Virus record (IMG/VR): IMGVR_UViG_3300043427_001443
Origin: an uncultured virus (IMG/VR IMGVR_UViG_3300043427_001443)
Lineage: Duplodnaviria > Heunggongvirae > Uroviricota > Caudoviricetes
Length of the DNA stretch: 64,000 nucleotides
Reading direction: 5' to 3' (one strand)
The notes beneath the pieces were generated by a model that worked only from the letters and a program-made list of their open reading frames with translations, was not told the DNA's origin and ran no database searches. Positions 1-10,014 of this stretch are shown here, piece by piece; the first letter of the stretch is position 1; every line of letters begins with the position of its first letter. Both the position numbers and the translations under genes were made by a program.

Positions 1-2
1 CA

Positions 3-233
3 ACCATAGCAGTATTCTATACCATTTGGAGTTATCGTCCTGGTGCTGGACGTAGGCTTATTTTAGATAGTGTAGACCGTATACGCCAAGACAATCCCGC
101 AATCAAAAGATTTGTAACACTGAGTCCTAAAACAGACCTGGCTCGTAAATTTCATCTACGAAATGGTGCACTAATATGTCAGGAAAATCAGGACACTATA
201 AATTACGAATATTTGCTTGACAATATCAGGTAA
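3..233 (+). CDS. Partial ORF (5' end outside window), GNAT/malonyl-CoA-decarboxylase-like fold protein
   Basis: Own translation: TIAVFYTIWSYRPGAGRRLI...KRFVTLSPKT...NYEYLLDNIR*. The FY..S..G.G..LI and F.TLSP motifs resemble the MCD/GNAT catalytic domain. Confidence 0.55.
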   Translation, partial: TIAVFYTIWSYRPGAGRRLILDSVDRIRQDNPAIKRFVTLSPKTDLARKFHLRNGALICQENQDTINYEYLLDNIR

Positions 234-245
234 AGATTATATAAT
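217..245 (+). promoter_or_regulatory. Sigma70 consensus promoter
   Basis: TTGACA (217-222), 17-nt spacer, TATAAT (240-245), upstream of the GGAG RBS of ORF 270. Confidence 0.85.
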
Positions 246-269
246 CATTAAGGTTTTTCAGGAGCTAGA

Positions 270-479
270 ATGAAAAGAGTATTACAACAACGCGATGCAT
301 ACAGTTTACACTTAGAAATCGTGCCCATTGGTGATTTCAACATGGTCAAATTTGAAACCTTGTATGCAGAGGCTAAAATGCCCGATCAACCGTATACCAA
401 ATTGGAAATGTACTTGACTGATCGCGAATTAGAAAACCTTGTGACCTATATAAGTAATTACATAGAACATGGAGCCTAG
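270..479 (+). CDS. Hypothetical protein
   Basis: ORF with RBS after the promoter; overlaps the next gene. Confidence 0.7.
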   Translation: MKRVLQQRDAYSLHLEIVPIGDFNMVKFETLYAEAKMPDQPYTKLEMYLTDRELENLVTYISNYIEHGA

Positions 480-807
480 CATGATCACTGTAACAGAAGC
501 TGCGTTCGATCAAATACGTCAAGTTCAAGTGGAAGAAAACACCACCAGTCCCTTGCGTGTATTTGTCAAAGGTGGTGGATGTTCTGGGTTTCAATATGCG
601 TTTACCTTCGAAGATGGTCCACCCGCTATGGATGATTTCGTCATCGAGGGAAGTGCTGGGACTCGCGTGTTAGTAGATGCCATGAGCATGAACCTGCTGT
701 CGGGTGCTGAAATTGATTACAAGCGTGATCGCATGAGTAGTCAGTTTGTGATACGCAATCCTAATGTTACCAATACCTGTGGTTGCGGTAGTAGCTTTAG
801 TGTTTAA
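469..807 (+). CDS. erpA: A-type Fe-S carrier (ErpA/IscA, HesB family)
   Basis: GGGCSGFQY and C-terminal NPN...CGCGSSF motifs. Confidence 0.9.
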   Translation: MEPSMITVTEAAFDQIRQVQVEENTTSPLRVFVKGGGCSGFQYAFTFEDGPPAMDDFVIEGSAGTRVLVDAMSMNLLSGAEIDYKRDRMSSQFVIRNPNVTNTCGCGSSFSV

Positions 808-931
808 ACTATGACAGATCATCCCTACCAAAATCTAGAAGTAACACCAGAAGAACTAGAGTATTGGCGGCAGTTGATTCAGCAAATTCGCTACGCTGAA
901 CAGTTAAAGATTAAACCCAAGGAGAACCAAG

Positions 932-1387
932 ATGGCTTACAGTCAAGCAGTTCTGGACCATTACGAGAATCCACGTAACGTGGGTTCATTTGCTCGAGAA
1001 GTTAAAAGAGTGGGCACAGGCATGGTGGGCGCACCAGCCTGTGGTGATGTAATGAAACTACAAATACAGGTCAACGAAGATGGCATTATTACAGATGCTA
1101 AATTTAAAACATATGGGTGTGGTTCAGCGATTGCGAGTAGTTCGCTTGTTACGGAATGGGTCAAAGGCAAAACGCTTGACCAGGCAGCAACAATTAGAAA
1201 CACAGCGATTGCACAAGAGCTTGCGCTACCGCCGGTCAAAATTCACTGTTCTATCTTGGCTGAAGATGCGATAAAAGCTGCCATTGCTGACTTCAAAAGT
1301 AAATATCAGGACAACAATAATGAAATCAATAACAGAGAAAATCAACGAGGAACTGAAAAAGATACAGGATATACCACCACTGCCTGA
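932..1387 (+). CDS. iscU: Fe-S scaffold IscU
   Basis: DHYENPRNVG, APACGDVM, GCGSAIASSS, LPPVKIHCS. Confidence 0.95.
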   Translation: MAYSQAVLDHYENPRNVGSFAREVKRVGTGMVGAPACGDVMKLQIQVNEDGIITDAKFKTYGCGSAIASSSLVTEWVKGKTLDQAATIRNTAIAQELALPPVKIHCSILAEDAIKAAIADFKSKYQDNNNEINNRENQRGTEKDTGYTTTA

Positions 1388-1895
1388 AATTCGCGATTCC
1401 GATTCCGACAACATACTGCTTTCGGATAATGATTTTGTTGAACCCTGGGACAATATGTCTAAGTCATTATATCAATTAGATGATCTAATTATACAACCAT
1501 TGGATCTGGCTAACATTGCTCCATTGCTAAACACAGTTAGTTTGAGTGGTACAGGTGCCAGTGCCACATATAATATCGGAGCCCAGGGTTCAGGTGGCGC
1601 CAGTGGTTATCAAAGCATATATAACACGGCCGGCCCTACTTATTCCTGGAACACATTAAATCAACCCAATAAAGTACATATCACTGGTGCAGGCATCGAA
1701 ATGGATGCTGATGCCGACATCACCATTGGTGGTCGCAGCATGAAAAAAATATTAGAAGGCATTGAACAAAGACTCAGTATCCTAGTTCCAGATCCTAAGA
1801 AACTCCAGCAGTACGAAGCACTACAACAGGCCTATGAACACTATCGAACTCTAGAAGCATTGTGCAACCAAGAACCAGACACGGATAAAAAATAA
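1320..1895 (+). CDS. Hypothetical phage protein
   Basis: ORF; ATG at 1320 is the likely start. Confidence 0.7.
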   Translation: MKSITEKINEELKKIQDIPPLPEIRDSDSDNILLSDNDFVEPWDNMSKSLYQLDDLIIQPLDLANIAPLLNTVSLSGTGASATYNIGAQGSGGASGYQSIYNTAGPTYSWNTLNQPNKVHITGAGIEMDADADITIGGRSMKKILEGIEQRLSILVPDPKKLQQYEALQQAYEHYRTLEALCNQEPDTDKK

Positions 1896-2836
1896 TGCCA
1901 AACCTAAGATTTGTCTGTGCTCAGCCTGCTATTCTCTACTATGCCTGGCAGGTTGAAGTCATGCTACATAACTTCAGAGACATGGGCGTGAACCTTAATA
2001 ATGTTGACATAGTATGTAAAATCGACAATCACCATGTGCCCAGTGATTGGAGCAAGTTAGCCAATCATTATCCGGCTAGATTCTTCTTCTACAATGACAC
2101 TAGAGAAACACGCAATTATATCAGCAGTGTGCGACCCAATGTGCTCAAGCAGCACTGGGCAGCACATCCAGAATTGGCCCAAGATGTGATATTTTATCAC
2201 GACTGCGACATAGCATTTACCAAGCCTGTGTCTGAATGGATCACTGAAGACATGCTGTCTGATGTACATTGGTATGGCTCAGACACACGTTGGTATATTT
2301 CACACAGCTATATTCTCAGCAAAGGTCGGGACATTTTAGATGCCATGTGCAGTATCATGAACATGGATCCTGCTGTAATTGAAGCCAATGAACTCAATGC
2401 CATTGGTGCTCAGTACTTGATGAAAGGCATTGACCAAAACTACTGGGCCAGAGTTGAACGTGACTGCGAACGACTGTTTAGAGATATCACGGCTCTAAAC
2501 AACCAAAAGAAAGCCGCTGATCCCAGTTACCATGAATTACAGATTTGGTGTGCAGACATGTGGGCAGTGCTATGGAATGCTTGGCGGCAAGGAATACAGA
2601 CCATATGTCACAAAAACTTTGACTTTAGTTGGGCTACGTCAGGCATTGATGAATACAACCGATGCAATATTTTTCACAATGCTGGTATTACCACTAACCA
2701 AAATCAGCAATTTTACAAAGCCGATTATATGAACAGTTTACCTTATGGTCTCAACTTGACCATACAAGACCACACAGCCACACGTCAGTACTATGACTTG
2801 GTGCAACGTGTTGGTCAACAAACCATACTAAGATGA
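1895..2836 (+). CDS. GT-A fold glycosyltransferase-like protein
   Basis: DxD motif (YHDCD), RPNVLKQHW, WCADMWA; lies next to FkbM and GT2 genes. Confidence 0.6.
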   Translation: MPNLRFVCAQPAILYYAWQVEVMLHNFRDMGVNLNNVDIVCKIDNHHVPSDWSKLANHYPARFFFYNDTRETRNYISSVRPNVLKQHWAAHPELAQDVIFYHDCDIAFTKPVSEWITEDMLSDVHWYGSDTRWYISHSYILSKGRDILDAMCSIMNMDPAVIEANELNAIGAQYLMKGIDQNYWARVERDCERLFRDITALNNQKKAADPSYHELQIWCADMWAVLWNAWRQGIQTICHKNFDFSWATSGIDEYNRCNIFHNAGITTNQNQQFYKADYMNSLPYGLNLTIQDHTATRQYYDLVQRVGQQTILR

Positions 2837-3540
2837 AAAAGCTACCCGTAGAATACGTTGAAACCAAACGTAATTATTTGTTGTTCAAAAATGACTGTGG
2901 TGTAACCAGTGCTGCTCGAGAAGGATGGATGTATGAGCAATTTCTATTTGACTACTGTAAACAGCATTTAGATTTGTCAGGACGCACTGTTATTGACATT
3001 GGTGCCAATTTTGGCTACCATAGCCTAGAGTTTGCAGACATGGTAGCGCATGGGCATGTACACTCGTTTGAGCCGCAGCGTTTGGTTTACTATCAACTAT
3101 GCGGAAATGTATTTGCCAATGGGTATGCTAATGTCACAGCTCATAACATTGCACTGGGTGAAAAGTCTGGTCAACTAAAAATGGAAAACATCGACTATTG
3201 GTCGCAAGATACTATAAATGTAGGAAACAGTCATCTTAATGCTTATACACAAGGCGGTTACAATTGGGTTGATGTACGCACCTTAGATTCATATAACTTT
3301 ACCGACGTGGCCATGATTAAGATTGATGTACAAGGCTACGAACCACAGGTTCTGGATGGCGCAATAATGACCATACAACAGAATCGCCCAACAATTTTCA
3401 TTGAAATTGAAGCACCGCAATTGTCAATTTATGGTTGGCAACCCAATGATGTATTTTCAAGATTAGATCGTTTAGGTTACCGTTATTGGAAATTACATGA
3501 TGCTGATCACTTAGTGGATTATGTTGCTGTAGCTGCTTAA
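2833..3540 (+). CDS. FkbM-family SAM methyltransferase
   Basis: VIDIGANFG, SFEP, IKIDVQGYE motifs. Confidence 0.9.
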   Translation: MKKLPVEYVETKRNYLLFKNDCGVTSAAREGWMYEQFLFDYCKQHLDLSGRTVIDIGANFGYHSLEFADMVAHGHVHSFEPQRLVYYQLCGNVFANGYANVTAHNIALGEKSGQLKMENIDYWSQDTINVGNSHLNAYTQGGYNWVDVRTLDSYNFTDVAMIKIDVQGYEPQVLDGAIMTIQQNRPTIFIEIEAPQLSIYGWQPNDVFSRLDRLGYRYWKLHDADHLVDYVAVAA

Positions 3541-3557
3541 TATTGGACATAGAATAA

Positions 3558-4364
3558 ATGAATTTAGTTAGTTTTGTATGCACCACATATCGACGGTTTA
3601 CCTGTGTCGAAAGAATCGTAGCTCAATTTCATGCACAAACTTACCCCAACAAACAACTGATAATTTTCAACACTGATACCGAACATCCTTATAGTTTAGG
3701 ATTTGAAGACGCTAACATAGTGGTTGTTAATAATTCTATCAATTATGAGACTGGTAATCCTTACCAAAATCGAGGAGAAATTTGTCGCGATGCTGTTACA
3801 CATGCCACTGGTGATTATTTTATGCTGGCTGACGACGACGATGTTTATCTACCATGGCACATTCAACAAGCAGTAGAAGGTATCAAAAGCACCGGGCACC
3901 ATGCATGGAAACCAGAAAAAAGCCTGTTTGCCATGCCCGGTAAAATTGAATTTTGTCAAAATACCTTAGAAGCCAGTGTTATCGTACAAATGAATCGAAT
4001 TAGAGAAATTGGATTCAGAATGGACATCACTGGCTACGAAGGCCTGAGCTGGTACACCCAACTTAGAAATGAAGGCCAACTTGATGAACATAACAAAAAT
4101 TATGTACCTAGTTATGTGTTTAATTGGAGTGATCCACATGACATAGCCGGACACAAGCAAAGCGGAGCTATTGGGTCACCGAACAATTTTGAAGAACATA
4201 AAATACAAAGTCGAGATTTCGCACAAAGGCCATTGCAAAAACTCAATCCGGATGTGATACGAGCATTCTATAAACCTTTTATTGTATTTCTAAATACCAA
4301 TAAGAATTCACTTAACTATGACTATTTCATGAGATATGTAAGCACATACTCAGAAGAATTCTAG
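3558..4364 (+). CDS. Glycosyltransferase family 2
   Basis: VSFVCTTYRR, QTYPN, ATGDYFMLADDDD. Confidence 0.85.
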   Translation: MNLVSFVCTTYRRFTCVERIVAQFHAQTYPNKQLIIFNTDTEHPYSLGFEDANIVVVNNSINYETGNPYQNRGEICRDAVTHATGDYFMLADDDDVYLPWHIQQAVEGIKSTGHHAWKPEKSLFAMPGKIEFCQNTLEASVIVQMNRIREIGFRMDITGYEGLSWYTQLRNEGQLDEHNKNYVPSYVFNWSDPHDIAGHKQSGAIGSPNNFEEHKIQSRDFAQRPLQKLNPDVIRAFYKPFIVFLNTNKNSLNYDYFMRYVSTYSEEF

Positions 4365-4409
4365 CGATCTCGATTTGACTATGCAAATATTTTAGTATAT
4401 AATACGTAT

Positions 4410-4589
4410 ATGAATACTCTATCCACATGTATTGACAATGCCGATCAAGCTACCCGAGCAGCACAATGGTGTAAGCGAAATCGAATCACTTACAACTTAG
4501 AATTCTGGGGGTGGCCTGGCTCAACCAAGTATCGATTTGTATTTGAAAATGATAACGACCTTGTTTTATTTTCCTTGAAATGGGTATAA
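4410..4589 (+). CDS. Small hypothetical protein (59 aa, not in ORF track)
   Basis: MNTLSTCIDN...YRFVFENDNDLVLFSLKWV*; preceded by a TTGACT..TATAAT promoter near 4375-4403. Confidence 0.65.
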   Translation: MNTLSTCIDNADQATRAAQWCKRNRITYNLEFWGWPGSTKYRFVFENDNDLVLFSLKWV

Positions 4590-4903
4590 ATATGGAGATG
4601 CAAGATTTCTGGAGTATCATTGTAAACGCTATCTTATTTTTCCTAGCTTTCAAAGCCGGGCAAATAAGTATTTTAGTCAAAATGGGTTCAGTTGATCGTA
4701 AAGCAATACAAGCTGATTTAGAAGTGAACCCTAGTGTGATAAGAAGACCTGTGATCAAAGTTGAAGAGATCGATGGCGTATTCTATGCTTACGATGGCAA
4801 TGATTTTCTGGCTCAAGGACGCACAGCTGACGAATTAGGTCAACTTATCGCTCAAAGATATCCCAACAAGTACCGTATGGCCAAAGTAGAAATCAAGGCC
4901 TAG
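4580..4903 (+). CDS. Hypothetical membrane-anchored protein
   Basis: N-terminal hydrophobic helix; the true start is probably 4592 or 4598, after TATAAATA. Confidence 0.7.
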   Translation: MGINMEMQDFWSIIVNAILFFLAFKAGQISILVKMGSVDRKAIQADLEVNPSVIRRPVIKVEEIDGVFYAYDGNDFLAQGRTADELGQLIAQRYPNKYRMAKVEIKA

Positions 4904-4929
4904 GCAATAAATAGTACACAAGGAGATTC

Positions 4930-5151
4930 ATGCCCAAAGAAGATAACACGCTCAGGTTAACCGGAGTGGTAGATGAAGTTCTACCAAATGCTATGTTTAG
5001 AGTGGTTTTGGAAAACAAACATCGCATTACAGCCTACTTAGGTGGTAAAATGCGTAAAAATGACATCAAAATCATTGCCGGAGACCAAGTTGAAGTGGAA
5101 ATGAGTCCTTATGACATGACCCGTGGTCGTGTGATTTATAGGAAACGTTGA
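4930..5151 (+). CDS. infA: Translation initiation factor IF-1
   Basis: [42 protein letters not shown]. Confidence 0.95.
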   Translation: MPKEDNTLRLTGVVDEVLPNAMFRVVLENKHRITAYLGGKMRKNDIKIIAGDQVEVEMSPYDMTRGRVIYRKR

Positions 5152-5696
5152 TGGACATTAGACAGGCCATAGACCTAATTGAAGCTCGTAGTGCTAAAAC
5201 ACTGGAGTTAAAACGACTGAAATATGATCGTAGTGCTCTGGCGCCTGTGCTTAGTGCTAGTGCCATTAAATATCACTATGATGAACTGGCACGTGGTTAT
5301 GTAGATAGATACAACAATCGAGAAGGTGATGCACAGTTTAATGAAGCCGGTGCATTTTTACATAACTTATTTTTCGAACAATTTACTAGACCTAAACAGA
5401 ATAATCGCCCAGCTGGTCCTGCTGCCACTCTTATAAACAAGAAGTACGGTGACTTTGGCAAATTTAAGGAACAGGTACAAAAAGCAGCCATGGGAATTCA
5501 AGGGTCAGGTTGGGTCTATATGGCCCGCAACGGTGAAATCAAAACTATTAGAAATCATGCCATCCGCTCAGATATTGCACTGTTAATAGATTGGTGGGAG
5601 CATGCTTGGTTTACAGATTACGGAACTAACAAAATTAAATATCTCAACAACATATGGCGCATTATTAATTGGGGCGTGGTCAATTCTAGACTGTAA
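5151..5696 (+). CDS. sod: Fe/Mn superoxide dismutase
   Basis: ALAP..S, YHY...Y, HNLFF, GSGW, DWWEHA: all four metal ligands present. Confidence 0.85.
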   Translation: MDIRQAIDLIEARSAKTLELKRLKYDRSALAPVLSASAIKYHYDELARGYVDRYNNREGDAQFNEAGAFLHNLFFEQFTRPKQNNRPAGPAATLINKKYGDFGKFKEQVQKAAMGIQGSGWVYMARNGEIKTIRNHAIRSDIALLIDWWEHAWFTDYGTNKIKYLNNIWRIINWGVVNSRL

Positions 5697-5716
5697 ACCA
5701 CAATTATGAGGGCTTT

Positions 5717-7117
5717 ATGTTATTTGGTTACGTTACCTTATTTGTTGCTTTTATTCTCAGCGCCGTAGCAGCCTACTACTCAGTGCTTGGCCTAGTGGCC
5801 ATATTTTCAGCTGCGGCTATACCTGTAATTGTCATGGGCGGTGCCCTAGAAACCGGTAAAGTCATTGCGGCCATGTGGCTACATCGTAATTGGCAACGTG
5901 CACCCTGGACCTATAAAGCCTACTTATTACCCAGTTTACTGGCACTTATGCTATTAACCAGCATGGGCACATTTGGATACCTGAGTAAAGCACATTCAGA
6001 CCAAAGCCTAGTATCAGGCGATGTAACCAGTAAGATGGCCATATATGATGAAAAAATTCGAATATCAAGGGAGAACATCGATGCTAGTAGGGCAGCACTT
6101 AAACAGTTGGATGCAGCAGTGGACCAAATTATGGGGCGCTCAACGACAGAACAGGGTGCGGAAAGATCAGTACAGATTAGACGACAACAGGCACCAGAGC
6201 GTCAAAGGCTTATCCGTGAAATCGAAGCCGAACAAAAGAAAATTAGTGAGCTTAATGAAGCAAGAGCTCCTATTGCTGCGGAAGTTAGAAAGGTCGAAGC
6301 TGAGGTTGGTCCTATAAAATACATTGCTGCCTTGCTTTATGGCGACAATCCAGAAAATAACTTATTAGAATCTGCTGTACGTTGGGTTATTGTATTAATT
6401 GTAACGGTATTTGATCCACTGGCCATAGTGTTGATCCTGGCCGGAACAAGACATTTAGAATGGGAACGTGCAGCCAGAGTATCTAAACCGACGGCGCCAG
6501 ATAATACCGACATAGTTGCTGTAGATGAACCCACGACTACTAGTACATCAACAACTAGTACAACTACTACTAGCAGCAGCACCACAACTACAACCACAAC
6601 AACTACAGAACCACCACCTATAGAACAGGTGTATCTTGCAAGACCTGGCACATGGTTCAAGTGGGCACCTTTGCCAAGCGAAACAAGTACAACCACAACG
6701 GAACCTGTAGAGTACAATATTATAAATGATCAGTACATAGAAATTAACGGCAAAACCATGTCACAGAGTGCGTTGGCTAACTCTGAATATTCACATCTGC
6801 TGCCAGAAATAAAGCGTCGTAGCAATGAACTATTTGATACGCAGCCTCCAGCTACCTTTGGCGTTAACTATCCTGCTAATCCCATGAAAGGGCATTTACA
6901 TGTTCACACCGGTGTGTTACCTAGCAAATTATACAAATATAACGGTACTACCTGGATTGAGGTTGACAAATCAATCAGTGATAGCTATACTAGCAATGAA
7001 CAGTACATTAAATTTTTAATCGGTCAACTTGATCAAAACATAATTACTGTTGATGACCTCACTGTAGCCGAACAAGAAATGGTTTCTGAATATTTAAAAA
7101 ATAATCCCAATGCCTAG
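5717..7117 (+). CDS. Membrane protein with coiled coil and Thr-rich linker
   Basis: N-terminal TM helices, coiled coil, one more TM, then a poly-Thr/Ser tract (about 6530-6610). Confidence 0.75.
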   Translation: MLFGYVTLFVAFILSAVAAYYSVLGLVAIFSAAAIPVIVMGGALETGKVIAAMWLHRNWQRAPWTYKAYLLPSLLALMLLTSMGTFGYLSKAHSDQSLVSGDVTSKMAIYDEKIRISRENIDASRAALKQLDAAVDQIMGRSTTEQGAERSVQIRRQQAPERQRLIREIEAEQKKISELNEARAPIAAEVRKVEAEVGPIKYIAALLYGDNPENNLLESAVRWVIVLIVTVFDPLAIVLILAGTRHLEWERAARVSKPTAPDNTDIVAVDEPTTTSTSTTSTTTTSSSTTTTTTTTTEPPPIEQVYLARPGTWFKWAPLPSETSTTTTEPVEYNIINDQYIEINGKTMSQSALANSEYSHLLPEIKRRSNELFDTQPPATFGVNYPANPMKGHLHVHTGVLPSKLYKYNGTTWIEVDKSISDSYTSNEQYIKFLIGQLDQNIITVDDLTVAEQEMVSEYLKNNPNA

Positions 7118-7454
7118 TCAATTAATTACTCCCCCAGATAAAGTTTTCGAAACTCCATCATATTTGATCATCAATGCTGTTGACGCAGATGTAGAGTCCT
7201 TGGTAGTGTACATAAAAGCCAATGACAATAACTATAACATACATCTATGGCATGTTGAAATGGACGATGAGCCATGGGTTCTAAAAGTTATTGATAATGT
7301 TGATACTATATTGTTAAATTCAAAATTTATTAGTGCTATCAAGGATCCTGTGCAGGGTGCACTGCAACAGCACCTGGATAAAATTTACACATATGGTTCA
7401 GATCAAAGCGACTTTATAGACCTAGTAGATCATTTCGCTAATTTCAAAAAATAA
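7110..7454 (+). CDS. Hypothetical protein
   Basis: ORF coupled to the upstream gene. Confidence 0.7.
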   Translation: MPSQLITPPDKVFETPSYLIINAVDADVESLVVYIKANDNNYNIHLWHVEMDDEPWVLKVIDNVDTILLNSKFISAIKDPVQGALQQHLDKIYTYGSDQSDFIDLVDHFANFKK

Positions 7455-7485
7455 TTGACAAATTTCTAGCAGTCAAGTATAAATA
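7455..7485 (+). promoter_or_regulatory. Dual sigma70 / T4-late-type promoter of dnaK
   Basis: TTGACA-17-TATAAA, where the -10 is also TATAAATA. Confidence 0.75.
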
Positions 7486-7489
7486 CACT

Positions 7490-7539
7490 TATAAGATGCT
7501 CTAGTGAGGTCTTATACATATCTTGCTTAATAAAGGAGA
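7490..7539 (+). promoter_or_regulatory. ROSE-like RNA thermometer in the dnaK 5' UTR
   Basis: Hairpin TATAAGATGCTC-TAGT-GAGGTCTTATA, then TCTTGCT-TAATAA-AGGAGA (UUGCU anti-SD with bulged G). Confidence 0.7.
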
Positions 7540-7544
7540 ATACA

Positions 7545-9452
7545 ATGAGCAAAGTCATTGGTATCGACTTAGGTACCACTAATAGTTGCGTTGCTGTAGT
7601 TGAAAATGGTACAACTCGTGTACTGGAAAACTCAGAAGGCGCAAGAACAACTCCCAGTATCGTTGCTTACAAAGATGATGAAATCCTAGTAGGTGCACCG
7701 GCAAAACGTCAAGCAGTAACCAATCCTAAAAACACAATTTATGCCGCAAAGCGTCTTATTGGTCGCCGCTTTGAGGAATCAGCAGTACAGAAAGACATTG
7801 ACCTCATGCCCTATAGCATTGTCAAAGCTGACAACGGCGATGCTTGGGTTGAAGCCAATGGTGAGCGGATGGCACCACCACAAATCAGTGCCGAAGTACT
7901 GCGTAAGATGAAAAAGACCGCAGAGGACTACTTAGGCCATGATGTTACCCAAGCTGTTATTACTGTTCCGGCCTATTTTAATGATAGTCAGCGTCAAGCT
8001 ACTAAAGATGCTGGCCGTATTGCTGGTTTGGAGGTACTTAGGATCATTAATGAACCCACTGCTGCCGCGTTGGCTTATGGCGTTGATAAATCGGATAAAG
8101 CGGATCGTAAGGTAGCTGTATACGATTTAGGTGGTGGTACATTTGACGTATCAATCATTGAAATCAGTGATGTTGATGGTGACAAGCAAATTGAAGTACT
8201 CAGCACCAATGGTGACACATTCCTGGGCGGTGAAGACTTCGATCAACGCATCATGGACTATGTTATTGCTGAGTTTAAAAAGGAACAAGGCATTGATCTT
8301 AGCAAGGATGTGCTGGCACTACAACGATTAAAAGAAGCTGCTGAAAAAGCCAAGATTGAGCTTAGTAACAGTGCACAAACCGAAGTGAATTTGCCTTATG
8401 TTACCGCCGATGCCACCGGTCCTAAACATCTTAATGTCAAACTAAGTCGTGCCAAGTTAGAGAGTCTAGTTGATGAGTTAATTCAGCGTAGTGTTGGCCC
8501 ATGTCAAACTGCTATGAAAGATGCTGGTGTTGCAGCAGGTGACATCGACGAAGTAATCTTGGTTGGTGGTATGACTCGCATGCCCAAGGTACAGGAAACT
8601 GTAGAACGGTTGTTTGGTCGTGCCCCAAGAAAAGACGTCAACCCAGACGAAGCTGTAGCAGTTGGCGCTGCTATCCAAGGCGCAGTACTAGCAGGAGATC
8701 GCAAGGATGTGCTGTTACTTGATGTAACACCATTGAGCTTGGGCATTGAAACACTAGGCGGCGTGATGACCAAGTTGATTCAAAAGAATACCACTATTCC
8801 TACCAAGCATAGCCAAGTGTTTTCAACGGCCGAACATAATCAGCCTGCGGTGACTATTAAAACTTTCCAAGGTGAACGCGAAATTGCACTACACAATAAA
8901 CTACTTGGCGAGTTTACTTTAGATGGTATTCCGCCTGCTGCCAAAGGTGAACCGCAGATTGAAGTTACTTTCGACATCGACGCCAATGGTATACTCACTG
9001 TTAGTGCTCGTGACAAGAACACTGGCAAAGAAAAGAACATTACCATCAAAGCCAACTCTGGTCTTAGTGAAGCTGAAATCCAACGCATGGTCAAGGATGC
9101 TGAAGAAAATGCCGAAGCAGATCGTAAGTTGATTGACCTGGTTGAAGCTCGTAACAGTGCTGAACGTCAAATTGATTTCATCAAGAAAGACTACGATCAG
9201 TATCGTGACAAGCTAGACGCAGAAGTAGTAGCAAAGCTAGACAAAGCCATGGCTGACCTTGAAGAAGCCAAAAAGGGCGATGATCCAGAAGTGATCCGTA
9301 CCAAGATCACTGAAATGATGCAGAGCAGCAATGAACTGTATCGTGTAAAGAGCGAGGCTGAAAAGGCAGCAGCCGAAGCTGAGAAACCTGCAGAAGCCAG
9401 TGAACAAACGGTAGATGCAGAGTTCAAAGAAAAACCTGCCGACAACAAGTAA
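7545..9452 (+). CDS. dnaK: Hsp70 chaperone DnaK
   Basis: [40 protein letters not shown]. Confidence 0.98.
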   Translation: MSKVIGIDLGTTNSCVAVVENGTTRVLENSEGARTTPSIVAYKDDEILVGAPAKRQAVTNPKNTIYAAKRLIGRRFEESAVQKDIDLMPYSIVKADNGDAWVEANGERMAPPQISAEVLRKMKKTAEDYLGHDVTQAVITVPAYFNDSQRQATKDAGRIAGLEVLRIINEPTAAALAYGVDKSDKADRKVAVYDLGGGTFDVSIIEISDVDGDKQIEVLSTNGDTFLGGEDFDQRIMDYVIAEFKKEQGIDLSKDVLALQRLKEAAEKAKIELSNSAQTEVNLPYVTADATGPKHLNVKLSRAKLESLVDELIQRSVGPCQTAMKDAGVAAGDIDEVILVGGMTRMPKVQETVERLFGRAPRKDVNPDEAVAVGAAIQGAVLAGDRKDVLLLDVTPLSLGIETLGGVMTKLIQKNTTIPTKHSQVFSTAEHNQPAVTIKTFQGEREIALHNKLLGEFTLDGIPPAAKGEPQIEVTFDIDANGILTVSARDKNTGKEKNITIKANSGLSEAEIQRMVKDAEENAEADRKLIDLVEARNSAERQIDFIKKDYDQYRDKLDAEVVAKLDKAMADLEEAKKGDDPEVIRTKITEMMQSSNELYRVKSEAEKAAAEAEKPAEASEQTVDAEFKEKPADNK

Positions 9453-9466
9453 TTAAATCAGTGTAA

Positions 9467-9514
9467 GGGGATGCCGATGTTCGGGTCCCCGCTCATACTT
9501 GCTTAAGAAAGGAG
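9467..9514 (+). promoter_or_regulatory. ROSE-like RNA thermometer in the hsp20 5' UTR
   Basis: Hairpin GGGGATGCCGA-TGT-TCGGGTCCCC, then CTTGCT-TAAGAA-AGGAG. Confidence 0.75.
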
Positions 9515-9520
9515 AATAAC

Positions 9521-9973
9521 ATGAGTACACTTACATTAAAATCGTTTGATATTCCTACTCTACATCGTTACAGCGTGGGTCTAGATGAGATCTTTGACAC
9601 TTTAATTCGTAGTGCTTCGGCTACCAGTAACAGTAACTATCCTCCATATAACATTATTCGCTACGACGAAAATCGTTATAGTGTAGAAATCGCCTTGGCG
9701 GGTTTCAAAGAGGATGAAGTTGAAATTACTGTACACGAAGGCTACCTTACAGTAGAAGGGCAGCAAAAGACTAAGACCGGGGAACTCGACGGACCCGTTT
9801 ACCTGCATCATGGTATCAGTAAACGTGATTTCCGTAAAACATGGCCTTTGGGCAATCATGTGGAAGTTACCGCAGCTAATTTTGTCGACGGCATCTTAAC
9901 GGTAAATCTAGAACGCCGTGTTCCGGAAGAAATGAAACCAAAAAAGATTGCAATTACCAGTAAAAAGCGTTAA
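9521..9973 (+). CDS. ibpA: Small heat-shock protein (IbpA/Hsp20)
   Basis: NYPPYNI, EIALAGF, YLHHGIS.R.F, DGIL...L. Confidence 0.93.
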   Translation: MSTLTLKSFDIPTLHRYSVGLDEIFDTLIRSASATSNSNYPPYNIIRYDENRYSVEIALAGFKEDEVEITVHEGYLTVEGQQKTKTGELDGPVYLHHGISKRDFRKTWPLGNHVEVTAANFVDGILTVNLERRVPEEMKPKKIAITSKKR

Positions 9974-9976
9974 TAT

Positions 9977-10000
9977 AGTGGCAGGGGCAACCCTGCCACT
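9977..10000 (+). terminator. Strong hairpin after hsp20 (terminator or stability element)
   Basis: AGTGGCAGGG-GCAA-CCCTGCCACT; no clear U tract. Confidence 0.5.
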
Positions 10001-10014
10001 GTCAAAGGATTATT

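Noticed and set aside
1320..1387. IscU C-terminal extension as a functional domain
   Set aside because: It is low-complexity sequence overlapping the next gene's start and is most simply explained by stop-codon drift
6337..6717. Minus-strand poly-Val ORF and similar antisense ORFs inside dnaK, clpA and the fibre gene
   Set aside because: Shadows of well-supported opposite-strand genes, with no RBS or motifs
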